DNA from: Acidimicrobiia bacterium
GTDB lineage: Bacteria > Actinomycetota > Acidimicrobiia > Acidimicrobiales > JANYDT01
Assembly: GCA_043775075.1 (NCBI GenBank)
Contig: JAYVSS010000059.1
Location: 1-63,509 of the forward strand
Direction of reading: 5' to 3'
Length of the DNA: 63,509 nucleotides
Part shown: piece after piece, positions 9,047 through 19,451 of the stretch
Numbering within the stretch: the first letter of the stretch is position 1
Layout of the letters: the number at the start of each line of letters is the position of its first letter
Program-made: the position numbers and the translations under genes
Notes under the pieces: generated by a model
What the model was told of the DNA's origin: nothing
Databases searched by the model: none
Seen by the model: the letters and a program-made list of their open reading frames with translations, nothing else

Positions 9047-10309
9047 TCAGCAGTCTGCCTTTCGATAGGCGGCAGCAAACATTCCGTCAGTCGCCGCAGG
9101 AAGGACGATGGCACCGCGTCCCCAGGGTCGCCACCCGTTTCCCTGAGGCCGTTCGAGCGCGATGAGATCAGGAAACTGCTCGCCGATCCACGAGTCAATG
9201 CCGAGAGTTTCGTCATTCGTAAGCGTGCATACGCTGTACACCAAAACGCCACCGGGGCGAAGGGCGGCGTGCGCCGACCGGATGAAGGCCTGCTGCAGCG
9301 TCACCAGATCGCCAATATCGGATTCTTCGATCCGCCACCGGGCATCGGGTCGACGACGCAGCGAGCCAAGTCCGCTGCACGGAGCATCGACCAGCACGCG
9401 GTCGAACGATCCCGGGCGGACAGGAAGATTGCGAGCGTCGCACTGGAGCAGCGCAACGCGCTCACCCAACTTCAACCACCTCACATTTTCAGCAATGAGT
9501 CCGAGGCGATGAGCGTGCAAATCCCCGGCAACGACGAAGGCGCCGGCGCCGGCCATGGCCGTGGTTTTGCCACCCGGCGCCGCACCGAGGTCAAGAACCC
9601 GCTCCCCTATCTTTGCGCCGGTAAAGGTCGCCACTGCCCGTGACGCGGGATCCTGGACGTAGCCATCGGCGCGCAGATGAACGACCGCAGCAATGTTCAT
9701 GGCCTCGAGAACATCGATCGCGTCACCGGCCCCCAGCGAAATCGTAAGCGCCTTTACTATCCAGTCCGGATAGCTGAGCCTCTCACCGTCCGTGGCGAAA
9801 GGCGGGCTGGCTTTGGCCGCCGCCACCTGACGGAGGACGGCGTTCACGAAACCTCGACCACGAAGGGGGGCGACGTCCACCGTTTCCGACACCGCGGCGT
9901 GAGCGGGTACGCGGAGATGGCGTATTTGATACGCGCCCAACCGAAGGACCGTTCGGATACCAACGTCGGGGGCGCGGGCGAGATGGGGAGCGAGAACCGC
10001 ATCGAGCTCGCGCCGCATCCGAATGGTCCCATAGACCAACTCGGTAACGAGCGCGGCGTCTCGCTCCTCCATCCCTTCGCGCCGAGCACGCACGAGAAGC
10101 TGCGGGAGGATCAAGTTGGCATAGGCACCCTCGTCAACGGCATTGAGAATGTTCAGCGCGACTCGACGTGCATTCGGTGGCCGCGGCACCACCTTGGGCT
10201 TCTCCGTCTCGGCCCGACGAGACGGGGCCCGAGCCCCGGACCGGCGGGGGCTGCGCGCCCCCGAGGTGTTTCGTCCTCCCGAGCTGTTATGCCCTCCGGT
10301 GTTCGTCAT
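9047..10309 (-). CDS. rsmB: 16S rRNA (cytosine-C5)-methyltransferase RsmB/Sun
   Basis: NusB-like N-terminal region, then DLGAAPGGKT, DAPCSGLG and YSVCT. The start was re-called to ATG 10309, giving an ATGA overlap with the fmt stop. Confidence 0.88.
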   Translation of the reverse strand: MTNTGGHNSSGGRNTSGARSPRRSGARAPSRRAETEKPKVVPRPPNARRVALNILNAVDEGAYANLILPQLLVRARREGMEERDAALVTELVYGTIRMRRELDAVLAPHLARAPDVGIRTVLRLGAYQIRHLRVPAHAAVSETVDVAPLRGRGFVNAVLRQVAAAKASPPFATDGERLSYPDWIVKALTISLGAGDAIDVLEAMNIAAVVHLRADGYVQDPASRAVATFTGAKIGERVLDLGAAPGGKTTAMAGAGAFVVAGDLHAHRLGLIAENVRWLKLGERVALLQCDARNLPVRPGSFDRVLVDAPCSGLGSLRRRPDARWRIEESDIGDLVTLQQAFIRSAHAALRPGGVLVYSVCTLTNDETLGIDSWIGEQFPDLIALERPQGNGWRPWGRGAIVLPAATDGMFAAAYRKADC

Positions 10310-11202
10310 GCGCCGCCGCCCAGTCGCTCGCCCGGTCTCAGTTGGGCCCCGTTCCGCCACTCCGCCGCCGACATAGGCCCTTTACCTTCAGGTTGCACGC
10401 GCCTCATCCGAAGAGTCGCTGTTCCGGTTCGGACTTCGGTGCCATCGATCGTCCCCGAAAGGGCGGCATCACCCTCGACGTCATCGGTCAAAGCGGTGGC
10501 GTCGAGGACCTTGAACCGCTTTCCCCGAAACGTCGTCCAGGCCACGCCGAGTCGGATAAGGCGCCCGATCTCCTCCGCCGAGCGAACCCAGTCGATGGCG
10601 AACTCGGTCGGATCGAGTTTCGCTGCGTAGGTGGGTTCGCCCACCTGTTCCACGGGTACACCGAGGGTAACGAACCCATCACGTAGGGAATCGACAAGAA
10701 GCGCAGTCCCGATGGACACCAAGCGATCGCGCAACGACGCCACCGACTCAGTCGGCGAGATCGGCGTGACCGCCCGACGGTACACCGGACCGGTGTCGAG
10801 CCCAACGTCGAGCCCCATCAAGGAGACACCCGTCTCGGAGTCTCCCGCAAGCAGCGCTCGTTCAACTGGTGCAGCTCCCCGCCAACGAGGCAGAAGAGAG
10901 AAATGGATATTGAGGAAGGGCATCGCCTCGAGGAGTCGGGGCGATATGAGCTTTCCGTAGGCCACCACGACGCCCAACTCCGCCCCGCGGCCGGCCGCTT
11001 CGAGCGCATCGTCGAGGCGATCGGAGACGCGAAGCCCCAGCGCAATTGCTGCCGCCTTGACCGGTGAGGGCATCAGGACGCCGCCTCGACCACGCCGACG
11101 ATCCGGTTGCGAAACGACCAAGACAATCTCATGCCCGGCATCGATAAGCGCGCGTAGCGGCGCAACTGCAGCGTCCGGCGAACCGAGATAAACGAGCCTC
11201 AC
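10306..11202 (-). CDS. fmt: methionyl-tRNA formyltransferase
   Basis: RLVYLGSPD...NIHFSLLPRWRGAAPVERA... GTG start. Confidence 0.92.
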   Translation of the reverse strand: MRLVYLGSPDAAVAPLRALIDAGHEIVLVVSQPDRRRGRGGVLMPSPVKAAAIALGLRVSDRLDDALEAAGRGAELGVVVAYGKLISPRLLEAMPFLNIHFSLLPRWRGAAPVERALLAGDSETGVSLMGLDVGLDTGPVYRRAVTPISPTESVASLRDRLVSIGTALLVDSLRDGFVTLGVPVEQVGEPTYAAKLDPTEFAIDWVRSAEEIGRLIRLGVAWTTFRGKRFKVLDATALTDDVEGDAALSGTIDGTEVRTGTATLRMRRVQPEGKGPMSAAEWRNGAQLRPGERLGGGA

Positions 11203-11262
11203 GCAGCGACGGCTTTCACATCGCCGCCGAAGAACGGAGGCGTGAGAAGGCAGCGAAGACGG

Positions 11263-11859
11263 TCAACGCAAACCGGGCAATCCGGGAAGGCTCAGTCCGC
11301 GCTTTTTCGCCACGGGCTCGGCCGCCACCCGAACGATTTCGCGGTCGGGATCGTGGGCCGAACCATGTTCAAGTATGCGGTTGCGCAGAACCTTCATGCC
11401 TTCTGCGCGCTGATCACCGGGAAGGTGATCCAGCAGGAGCACTCCATTGAGATGGTCGAGTTCATGCTGATAAAGCCGACCCAGGAGGTCCGTGGCCTCG
11501 ACGCTTACTTCGTTCCCATCGAGGTCGTAGCCGGTCAGGTGAATGACCCGGGGCCGAACGATCTCCCACGACAAGCCGGGAACAGACAGACATCCCTCGT
11601 CGTAGGACCACTCGCCGCTCGACTCCACGATTACCGGGTTCACGATGGTCAGAGCACCCTGACCGTCGTTCATGTCGTAGACGAAGAGGCGCTTGCGGAC
11701 ACCAACCTGCGGAGCAGCAATACCCAGCCCGGGGGCCTCGTACATTGCCTTGGCCATTTCCTTGGTGAGCTCAACCAAGGCGCCATCCACGTTGGTTACT
11801 TCGTCGGCAACCTCGCGGAGCACGGGATCACCAAAGACTCGAAGGGTTACGCCAGACAT
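11263..11859 (-). CDS. def: peptide deformylase
   Basis: The three family motifs are GLGIAAPQVG, EGCLSVPG and HELDHLNG. ATG 11859 follows AGGA by 8 nt. ATG 11886 is an alternative start. Confidence 0.9.
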   Translation of the reverse strand: MSGVTLRVFGDPVLREVADEVTNVDGALVELTKEMAKAMYEAPGLGIAAPQVGVRKRLFVYDMNDGQGALTIVNPVIVESSGEWSYDEGCLSVPGLSWEIVRPRVIHLTGYDLDGNEVSVEATDLLGRLYQHELDHLNGVLLLDHLPGDQRAEGMKVLRNRILEHGSAHDPDREIVRVAAEPVAKKRGLSLPGLPGLR

Positions 11860-11887
11860 GGCCACCATCCTACCGGCCACTGACATG

Positions 11888-11915
11888 TTTCGACCCCCGT
11901 CTCCGGGGGTCGAAA
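11888..11915 (-). terminator. perfect 12-bp GC-rich hairpin between the aminotransferase gene and def (terminator-like, no U-tract)
   Basis: tttcgacccccg-tctc-cgggggtcgaaa, read directly from the sequence. Confidence 0.45.
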
Positions 11916-11943
11916 GGCACGCCTTACCACAGAACCGACGTGG

Positions 11944-13326
11944 TCAGCGGGTCAGTTCTGCGGCAAATGACGCAAAGGTCTTGACGTTTTGATCCAAATC
12001 ACGCGGCGTGTGGAGGATCGAAACAAGCCACTGCTCGTCCAAACCGGGCGGGAGCAAGATCCCTCGATTGATTCCCCACACCCACTGGGCGTAGGCGAGC
12101 ACGAAATCACCGTTTTTATAGTCCCGGTAGTTACGAACCGGGTCACGCGACCAGGTCACGCAGGACTTTGCTCCCAACCGAACGGTGTGGGCCGGAAGAT
12201 CGTAACGGGCGATGATTGCGTCGAAACGGTTCGTCATCGCATCGTTGGCGGCAATTGTTCGGGCGATCGCTTCCTTGGTGCAGATGTCGCGCAGCACCGC
12301 TTTGGCGGCGGCCATCACCAAGGGATTCCCGTTGAAGGTGCCGAGGTGCAGAACGGAGCCGTCCGTGATGCCGGCCATGACCTCGGCCCGGCCGCCGAAG
12401 GCACCAACCGGAAGCCCGCCACCGATCGACTTGGCGAGGCACAACAGGTCGGGCGTGACTCCAAAATGGCCACTCGCACCGTGATAGCCCGCAGTAATCC
12501 CGGTTTTCACTTCATCGAAGATCAGGAGGGCGCCATAACGGTGGGTGAGTTCGCGGACCCGTTGCAAATATCCCGGATCCGGGAGGCAGATCCCGATGTT
12601 TTCCATAGCCGGTTCGACGATGAAACAGGCAACATCGCCACGGGAGAGTTCGCGTTCCAAAGCCGCGATGTTGTTGTAGGGAACAACACCGACCTCGGCC
12701 ACCAGCCCGGCCGAAATGCCTTTCGTGGCGGCGACCGGCGTGGGTCGATCGGCCGGGCCGGCTTGATCAAGTGGTGGTTTCATCGAAACCATCACCTCAT
12801 CGTGATGCCCGTGATATCCGCCTTCGACCTTGACGATCCGGTTACGTCCGGTGAACGCTCGGGCGGCCCGGATGGCGTCGTGGGTTGCCTCCGTGCCGGA
12901 GTTGGTAAACCTCCACATCGGAAGACCGAAGCGGTCGCGCAATAACTCGGCTACTTCGGCGTTGTCCGTGCAAGGCGTGACAAACAAGGTGCCACGAGCG
13001 ATCTGCTCGTGCAACGCTTTCGCCAGAATCGGGTGGCTATGCCCGCTGAACAGCGCCCCGAAACCCATATTGAAATCGATGTAGTCGTTGCCGTCCACAT
13101 CGACGATATGGCCGGCGTACGCCCGGTCGGCAACGACGGGATGTGGGTCATAGGACTGAAAGGACGACGGAACGCCGCCGGGGAGCGAACCGCGAGCCCG
13201 CGCATTGGCAGCCAGCGATCCCTTCGTTCGGGATTTGTAGATCGCCAATTCGCGATCGATGATTTTCTGCGCCCGCAGACGCAGTTGGGCTTGCTGTGAC
13301 GGTTCGAGAATGGTTGTTCCACTCAT
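11944..13326 (-). CDS. class-III (GSA-aminomutase-like) PLP-dependent aminotransferase
   Basis: ...NSGTEATHDAIRAAR...LLIFDEVKTG...LAKSIGGGLPVGAFGG... ATG 13326 is preceded by AAGGGGG. Confidence 0.85.
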   Translation of the reverse strand: MSGTTILEPSQQAQLRLRAQKIIDRELAIYKSRTKGSLAANARARGSLPGGVPSSFQSYDPHPVVADRAYAGHIVDVDGNDYIDFNMGFGALFSGHSHPILAKALHEQIARGTLFVTPCTDNAEVAELLRDRFGLPMWRFTNSGTEATHDAIRAARAFTGRNRIVKVEGGYHGHHDEVMVSMKPPLDQAGPADRPTPVAATKGISAGLVAEVGVVPYNNIAALERELSRGDVACFIVEPAMENIGICLPDPGYLQRVRELTHRYGALLIFDEVKTGITAGYHGASGHFGVTPDLLCLAKSIGGGLPVGAFGGRAEVMAGITDGSVLHLGTFNGNPLVMAAAKAVLRDICTKEAIARTIAANDAMTNRFDAIIARYDLPAHTVRLGAKSCVTWSRDPVRNYRDYKNGDFVLAYAQWVWGINRGILLPPGLDEQWLVSILHTPRDLDQNVKTFASFAAELTR

Positions 13327-13504
13327 CCGTAACACCCCCTTGAGGTGCGAATATCGTAGCTGAACAGTCATCCACGCAAGTGATTCGTCGTGAAACTTTC
13401 GCAATTAGAAACAAACCGCAAATAGTTGACCCGAAAATCAGTTTCACTGAAACCCCCGCCAAGCAGGGGAAACGAGGCCCTCTCGTTCCTATTTCCGGGT
13501 TCGC

Positions 13505-14434
13505 TCAGTACCCGAGGCGATCAAGGGATTTCGACCGACGCTGCCAGTCGCGATCAACTTTCACATGAATATCGAGGTACGCACCGGACGGGAGCTGCTC
13601 TCGCACGGCCACTCCCACGGCTTTCAACACGTTGCCGCCTTTGCCGATCACGATCGGCTTCTGCGAGTCACGCTCCACCAGCACCTCAACCCGAACGTAA
13701 GGACCCTTCCCCTCACGTTCCTCCCATTCGGTGACCCGACAGGCAATCGAATGGGGCAATTCCTCGCTCGTCATGTGAAGCAGCTGTTCGCGCACTAACT
13801 CGGCCACCCAGAACGTCTCGTCGACGTCCGCCAAAATATCGGTTGGGTAGTACGCCGGACCTTCGGGCATTCTCGACACGATTGCCTCGGTAAGCACGCT
13901 CACGCCAGCTCCGGTGAGCGCCGACACCGGGAAGTATTCGGCGAAGTCAAACTCACCCGACTGCCGCAGCATCGTGAGCACGTCGTCGCGCCCCGCTTGG
14001 TCAATCTTGTTGACGACGAGCAATGCCGATTTTGGCGCGCGCACCGCAACGTAGCGATCCCCCTTGCCCAGTGGCATTGTGGCATCAAGCACCACGCAGA
14101 CGACGTCGACATCACCTATCGAAGACGTTGCTGCTTGGTTTGAACGCTCGCCGAGAAGCGACCGCGGCCGGTGGATACCGGGCGTATCGACGAAGACAAT
14201 CTGCGCATCGGGGCGATTAAAGATGCCTCTCACTTGTGTGCGCGTGGTCTGCACCTTGTCAGAAACTATAGAAACTTTCGTACCGAGTATTTGGTTGATG
14301 AGTGTCGATTTTCCAACATTCGGACGACCGACCAGGGTGACAAAACCAGACCGAAATATTGACGGTTCGAGCACGGCACGATGACCTGGTTGCGGGACAG
14401 ATGGTTCGGGACTCTCCGAGCTCACGGCCGTCAA
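13505..14434 (-). CDS. era: GTPase Era
   Basis: GRPNVGKSTL, DTPG and NKID motifs, plus a KH-type C-terminal domain. Confidence 0.93.
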   Translation of the reverse strand: MTAVSSESPEPSVPQPGHRAVLEPSIFRSGFVTLVGRPNVGKSTLINQILGTKVSIVSDKVQTTRTQVRGIFNRPDAQIVFVDTPGIHRPRSLLGERSNQAATSSIGDVDVVCVVLDATMPLGKGDRYVAVRAPKSALLVVNKIDQAGRDDVLTMLRQSGEFDFAEYFPVSALTGAGVSVLTEAIVSRMPEGPAYYPTDILADVDETFWVAELVREQLLHMTSEELPHSIACRVTEWEEREGKGPYVRVEVLVERDSQKPIVIGKGGNVLKAVGVAVREQLPSGAYLDIHVKVDRDWQRRSKSLDRLGY

Positions 14435-15747
14435 TTTTCGTCGATATCGTCGTGCTCAGAGTCATGAACACGGGTAATGCGAACGCGCCCAATTCGGCGG
14501 CCCTTAACCCGTTCCGCCCGAAGTAAGTGGTGCGAGTATTCGATGGTCTCACCCTCGTGCGCAACATGGCCGAGCTTGTTAAAAAGCAGTCCTCCGACCG
14601 AGTCCCAGTCTTCTGATGGCCAGTCAACATCGAGCAGTTCGTTCAGTTCGTCGATCAACATCGTGGCCGTAACGACCACATCGCCGTTCGGGAGCTTTTG
14701 TACCTGAGCTTCTTCGACGTCGTACTCGTCGACGATTTCGCCAACGAGTTCCTCGATGAGGTCTTCGAGCGTTACGAGGCCCGCCGTGCCGCCGTACTCG
14801 TCCAGCACGATACAGAGGTGAAACTTCTGCGTTTGCATTTCCCGCATGAGTTCGGAGACCCGCTTGGACTCTGGGGAGAATCGCGCCGGTCGCACGATGG
14901 ATGCCACGGGCGCTTCGCGTTTCCCATCGCGTAGCGCCCTCATAAGGTCCTTGGCGTAGACAACGCCAGCGATATCGTCCTTCGATTCTCTGATCACCGG
15001 GATCCGGGAGAAACCAGCCGAAATGGCCAAGTCCATCGCATCCTCGATGGACTTGTCGGCAGAAATCGTGATCATGTCGGTTCGCGGCTTCATGACTTCG
15101 CGAACAATCGTGTCGCCGAACTCGACGATCGAATGAATCATCTCCCGTTCGTCACGCTCGATTACATCGTCATCGAGGGCGGCATCGGCAAAGGCCAGCA
15201 ATTCGTGTTCTGAGGTCATCGGAGCGTCATCGATCCGGCCCGGGAGCAGCACGTTCCCCACACTCACCAGTCCGCGTGTGAGCATACGAATCGGCGGAAA
15301 CCCCGTAAGACTCAAAACGAAGGGAGCAACAGCGAGAGCTACCTTGTCGCTGTTCTTCAGGGCATAATTCTTCGGTCCCAATTCGGAAAAGATAAAGATC
15401 ACGGCGAGTTCAAGACCGATGGCTACCACCACGCCCCATGCCCCAAATACCGGTTCAATAAGCAAACCGACAATGGTCGACATAGTCAAATGGGAGAACA
15501 GAACGATGAGCAGCAGAGGACTTATATAGCGCTCGGGTGTCTCAACGATCTTGACAACCGCCTTCGACCCACGGCGTCCGTCTTCAAACAGACTCGACGC
15601 CCGAATCTTCGTGACCCGAGTCAATGCCGTTTCGGCCGCCGCCAGGAGACCAGAGAAAACAACCAGAAAGACAACGAAAAGAAGTTGACCAACTTCGGCA
15701 ATGCCGAACGATGCCGACTCGCCGGCCGCGGCGACGAAAACACTCAC
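14431..15747 (-). CDS. hemolysin-family / CNNM (DUF21-CBS-CorC_HlyC) membrane protein
   Basis: N-terminal TM helices, a CBS pair and a C-terminal transporter-associated domain. Conserved position between ybeY and era. Confidence 0.88.
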   Translation of the reverse strand: MSVFVAAAGESASFGIAEVGQLLFVVFLVVFSGLLAAAETALTRVTKIRASSLFEDGRRGSKAVVKIVETPERYISPLLLIVLFSHLTMSTIVGLLIEPVFGAWGVVVAIGLELAVIFIFSELGPKNYALKNSDKVALAVAPFVLSLTGFPPIRMLTRGLVSVGNVLLPGRIDDAPMTSEHELLAFADAALDDDVIERDEREMIHSIVEFGDTIVREVMKPRTDMITISADKSIEDAMDLAISAGFSRIPVIRESKDDIAGVVYAKDLMRALRDGKREAPVASIVRPARFSPESKRVSELMREMQTQKFHLCIVLDEYGGTAGLVTLEDLIEELVGEIVDEYDVEEAQVQKLPNGDVVVTATMLIDELNELLDVDWPSEDWDSVGGLLFNKLGHVAHEGETIEYSHHLLRAERVKGRRIGRVRITRVHDSEHDDIDEN

Positions 15748-16331
15748 GGGGTTTCCTGCGCTCTAGGTCGATGAAACAGCACGAGAAGTTCCTGCTCTCT
15801 GGCTTCCATGGCTTCGGCCTCGTCGTCTTCCATATGGTCCATGCCGAGCAAGTGCAGAATGCCGTGTACGACGAGGAGCGCCAGTTCATCTTCGAGCGTT
15901 CCGTTATGGTGATCGCTGACGTGTTCGGCGGCGTTGACCGCGGCCACCGACGGACACACCACGACATCGCCGAGGAGAAGGGGCAGGTCGTCGTCATCGT
16001 CATCGTCGGACGCCGACATCGGAAGTGGCGCGCCGATCGGCGCCGCTATAGCCAAAGGCGGAATGTGACGAGGCGAAGCTTCCTCATCAATGGGAAACGA
16101 AAGCACGTCCGTCGGCCCCGATATGCCCATAAATTGCTCGTTTAACGCGGCGATCGCCGGTTCGTCGACGAAAAGGAGCGACATTTCGACGCCATCGACA
16201 CGGCGATCAACGCCTTCGGCGGAAAGAACCTGAACCGCGAGTCGTAACCATCTATCAGTGTCAATCGGGTGCGCGTCTTGCTCATCTGCAACGAAGACTT
16301 CAATAACCGTTGGTTGACCACCATCGCTCAT
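15744..16331 (-). CDS. ybeY: rRNA maturation RNase YbeY (with acidic insertion)
   Basis: HGILHLLGMDH metal-binding motif. A D7 run is encoded at 15987-16007. Confidence 0.9.
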   Translation of the reverse strand: MSDGGQPTVIEVFVADEQDAHPIDTDRWLRLAVQVLSAEGVDRRVDGVEMSLLFVDEPAIAALNEQFMGISGPTDVLSFPIDEEASPRHIPPLAIAAPIGAPLPMSASDDDDDDDLPLLLGDVVVCPSVAAVNAAEHVSDHHNGTLEDELALLVVHGILHLLGMDHMEDDEAEAMEAREQELLVLFHRPRAQETP

Positions 16332-17323
16332 TGCGGTTGGCCCTTCCCCCGCTGCAATTTCAGCTCGTCTTCTCGTTCGTACGCATCAACGATGTCGGCG
16401 ACAATGCGGTGACGAACGACGTCGGCGCGGGTGAGGTACACGAACTCTAGGCCGTCGATTTGCCCGAGAATCTTCTCGAGCCCGGCCAATCCCGACCGCT
16501 CGCCCCGGAGGTCGACCTGGGTAACGTCACCGGTGATAACGGCTTTTGACCCGAACCCGATACGGGTCAAAAACATCTTCATTTGCTCGGGGGTGGTGTT
16601 TTGCGCCTCATCGAGAATAATGAAGCTGTTGTTCAATGTGCGTCCCCGCATGAACGCCAGGGGCGCCACTTCAATAACATTCTTTTCGATGAGCTTCGCC
16701 GCTCCTTCAGGATCGAGCATGTCGTATAGGGCGTCGTAGAGGGGACGTAGGTACGGATCGATTTTGGCCATCAAGTCGCCGGGAAGAAACCCGAGTTTTT
16801 CGCCTGCTTCTACCGCTGGCCGAGTAAGGACGATGCGGCTAACTTGCTTGGATACGAGGGCGTGGACGGCGAGAGCAACGGCCAAATAACTCTTTCCCGA
16901 GCCAGCAGGACCGATTCCGACGGTGATGATGTTTTCGTTGATGGCGTCCACGTAGCGCTTTTGCCCGCTGGTCTTGGCCTTAATCGACTTTCCCTTGGCC
17001 GAACGCATGGCCTCGGTGGACAACACCTGACTCGGACGTTCATCGTGACGAATCATGTCGATACTGCGATCGAGCCCGGCATCGTCTAGGGCGATACCTG
17101 CTTCGAGGAGCACGATCAACTCCTCGAAGAGTTTGACCGCCTGTGCCGACGACGGTCCATCGATGGTGATTTCATTACCCCGAACCAGAAACCGGCAGTC
17201 CGGAAATGCCGCCTCGATTCGACGAAGATGTTCGTCTCGCGAGCCCGCAAGGCGGGCCATTAGGTGGTTATTCGGAACAAAAACCTTGCGGCTGCCAACG
17301 GCGGAGGACGACGGGGTGGTCAT
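16328..17323 (-). CDS. PhoH-family ATPase
   Basis: GPAGSGKSYLAVA...ILDEAQN... Confidence 0.92.
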   Translation of the reverse strand: MTTPSSSAVGSRKVFVPNNHLMARLAGSRDEHLRRIEAAFPDCRFLVRGNEITIDGPSSAQAVKLFEELIVLLEAGIALDDAGLDRSIDMIRHDERPSQVLSTEAMRSAKGKSIKAKTSGQKRYVDAINENIITVGIGPAGSGKSYLAVALAVHALVSKQVSRIVLTRPAVEAGEKLGFLPGDLMAKIDPYLRPLYDALYDMLDPEGAAKLIEKNVIEVAPLAFMRGRTLNNSFIILDEAQNTTPEQMKMFLTRIGFGSKAVITGDVTQVDLRGERSGLAGLEKILGQIDGLEFVYLTRADVVRHRIVADIVDAYEREDELKLQRGKGQPQ

Positions 17324-17400
17324 AGGGCGAGCGTGGCGGAAGACCCCGCCCGGGGAGGTCGTAAGTACATGAACATTGGCGCAGGGGTGAGAGGCATTGC

Positions 17401-17757
17401 CTACGCAAGAACAGGGGGAAACGGCGGCCAGCCCATCTGGCGGCCACCAATCACGTGCATATGCAGGTGACTAATACTGTTGCCAGAGTCTTCGCCGATG
17501 TTGAAAACGAGTCGAAAACCTCGATCGGCAATGCCGTCGATGCGGGCCACTTCGTGCGCTGTCGTCATCATTTCCGCTAGTTCGGGACCGTGTTCGGCGG
17601 TGATTTCGGCGGCGTGAGCGATATGCGTGCGGGGAATGACCAGAACGTGGGTAGGAGCGGCGGCGTTGAGGTCGCGGAAGGCCACCGTTCGTTGCGTCTC
17701 GACGACCATCGTTGCGGGGATGTCACCTGACACAATCCGGCAGAACAGACAATCCAT
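17401..17757 (-). CDS. HIT-family (histidine triad) protein
   Basis: MDCLFCRIVSGDIPA...HLHMHVIGG. The start was re-called to ATG 17757 because the track ORF's 5' extension runs antisense into nei. Confidence 0.9.
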   Translation of the reverse strand: MDCLFCRIVSGDIPATMVVETQRTVAFRDLNAAAPTHVLVIPRTHIAHAAEITAEHGPELAEMMTTAHEVARIDGIADRGFRLVFNIGEDSGNSISHLHMHVIGGRQMGWPPFPPVLA

Positions 17758-17952
17758 GGCTCTCCTTAATCTAGTCGGTGCTGATGCGATGCCCGCTCCT
17801 GCTCCTTGACGCTGAGCGAAACCGCAACCATCGCTGCAGCGTGAGGACCGTAAGGTTCGCCGCCGATATATCGTCCCCGAGCCCGTACCCTCTTCTTGGT
17901 CTCCGGCGAAACCCACCGGGCCGACGCTTCGCACCGATTTTGAAAGTTCGCC

Positions 17953-18807
17953 ATGCCTGAAGGTCACACCATTCATCGTCTCGCCCGGGATCACACCAGG
18001 GATTTGGCGGGTCAAACCGTTAGGGTCACTTCGCCTCAGGGTCGAATGGCGGCCGGAGCGGCACTCGTCAACGGGCTCACCTTGCGAGCTATCGACCCCT
18101 ACGGAAAGCATCTCTTCTACCGGTTTGCTCCGCCCGGGCGTCGGCCCCGACAGACCGGCCCGGACGCCGAGGTCACATCGGTGCACATCCACCTCGGCCT
18201 ATTCGGCAAGTTCACCCGCTCCGCTGCACCTGGCCTCGAACCCCGCGACACCGTGCGAATGCGAATCTCCGGGGACAAGTGGACGGTCGACTTGGTCGGG
18301 CCAACCGATTGTCGGGTCGTTGACCCGGAGGAAGAACGAGTGATCCGGGCTCGGCTGGGTCCTGATCCGATCCGCAATGACGCCGATCCGGAACGGGCGT
18401 GGGCTCGAATTGTGAAACGGAGATCAACGATTGGAGAGGCGTTGATGGATCAAAAGGTGATGGCGGGAGTGGGCAACGTTTATCGAGCCGAGTCGCTCTT
18501 TGTTCACGGCATCCATCCAAGTCGCGCCGCCAACGAAGTCAGCCGCTGGGAGTTCGACGCGCTGTGGTCGACGATCGTCCGCATGCTTCGCCAGGGGGTG
18601 GAGGATGCTCGCATTATCACCGTGGCCGAGGACGAACTCGCCGCACTCGGCGTGCCCCGCCGACGAATTCGTAGCAAAGAGGCCGTCTATGTATATAAGA
18701 AGGACCATTGTCGACGGTGCGGAACGCCCATTCAGCGCTGGGACCTTTCCGGCCGGTGGGCCTACGCCTGCCCGACTTGCCAACCGGTCGGACCATCGCT
18801 GCGATAG
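17953..18807 (+). CDS. nei: Fpg/Nei-family DNA glycosylase (endonuclease VIII-like)
   Basis: MPEGHTIHRLA N-terminus. C-terminal zinc finger CRRCGTPIQR...YACPTC. Confidence 0.88.
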   Translation: MPEGHTIHRLARDHTRDLAGQTVRVTSPQGRMAAGAALVNGLTLRAIDPYGKHLFYRFAPPGRRPRQTGPDAEVTSVHIHLGLFGKFTRSAAPGLEPRDTVRMRISGDKWTVDLVGPTDCRVVDPEEERVIRARLGPDPIRNDADPERAWARIVKRRSTIGEALMDQKVMAGVGNVYRAESLFVHGIHPSRAANEVSRWEFDALWSTIVRMLRQGVEDARIITVAEDELAALGVPRRRIRSKEAVYVYKKDHCRRCGTPIQRWDLSGRWAYACPTCQPVGPSLR

Positions 18808-18834
18808 ATCGATCTCGGTTTCCTATGATTAGTT

Positions 18835-19422
18835 ATGAACAATGGTTCACAACCGAACGGAACTTGGCCACACTACGTGGTCATGGCGGCGGAATCCTTG
18901 GCACATTCCGACCCTCTGCGCGATTTCCTCGATGACGGTCGCGCCACTGAAGGAGCAACCGCACGGTCAGCGGTGTACTGGCGGGGCCAAATTGAGGCCG
19001 AATCGTCGACACTGGTTGGTCTGCTCGTGTCCTGCGTCGAAACAGAGGAAAAGGTCCGTGTCACCCTTCGAAACGGGACTGTTCGCCACGGACAGGTCCT
19101 CTCCGTTGGACTTGACGTGCTCCGTCTCGCCACTGACCGCGGCTGCGACAGTCTGGTGGCAGTCGATTATGTGGAGTCCTTGCGGGGTCAGTCGAAACGA
19201 CTGACCGCATCAGATCGGACGGCCGAACCGACCACGATGCGCCAGCAGATCGGGAGGATCGCTGAGCAACGAGCGATCGTACGTATCGTGATGCGCTCCG
19301 GTTCCGAAGAGCATGGAGTCCTTGTCGGCTGCGGATCCGATATTTGCGTACTTCAGAACAATCACCGCGAACACATTTACGTCTCGATACCGTCAATTGG
19401 CGAAGTTGTGGTGTCGTCATGA
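18835..19422 (+). CDS. hypothetical protein with an internal duplication of a beta-rich ~45-aa module
   Basis: VRVTLRNGTVRHGQVLSVGLDVLRLATD...VAVDYVESL aligns with VRIVMRSGSEEHGVLVGCGSDICVLQNN...YVSIPSIGEV. The start is uncertain; ATG 18883 is an alternative. Confidence 0.55.
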   Translation: MNNGSQPNGTWPHYVVMAAESLAHSDPLRDFLDDGRATEGATARSAVYWRGQIEAESSTLVGLLVSCVETEEKVRVTLRNGTVRHGQVLSVGLDVLRLATDRGCDSLVAVDYVESLRGQSKRLTASDRTAEPTTMRQQIGRIAEQRAIVRIVMRSGSEEHGVLVGCGSDICVLQNNHREHIYVSIPSIGEVVVSS

Positions 19423-19451
19423 CCGGTCACCGACGACGGGAAGGATCCTGG

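Noticed and set aside
8573-10630. Two long plus-strand ORFs (8573..9643 and 9677..10630)
   Set aside because: They are antisense to the crotonase, rsmB and fmt genes. They are Arg/Gly/Pro-rich with no recognisable domains.
17758-18192. 5' extension of the HIT-protein ORF (track 17401..18192)
   Set aside because: The extension overlaps nei in antisense and looks non-protein-like. MDCLFCRIV… at 17757 is the family-typical N-terminus.
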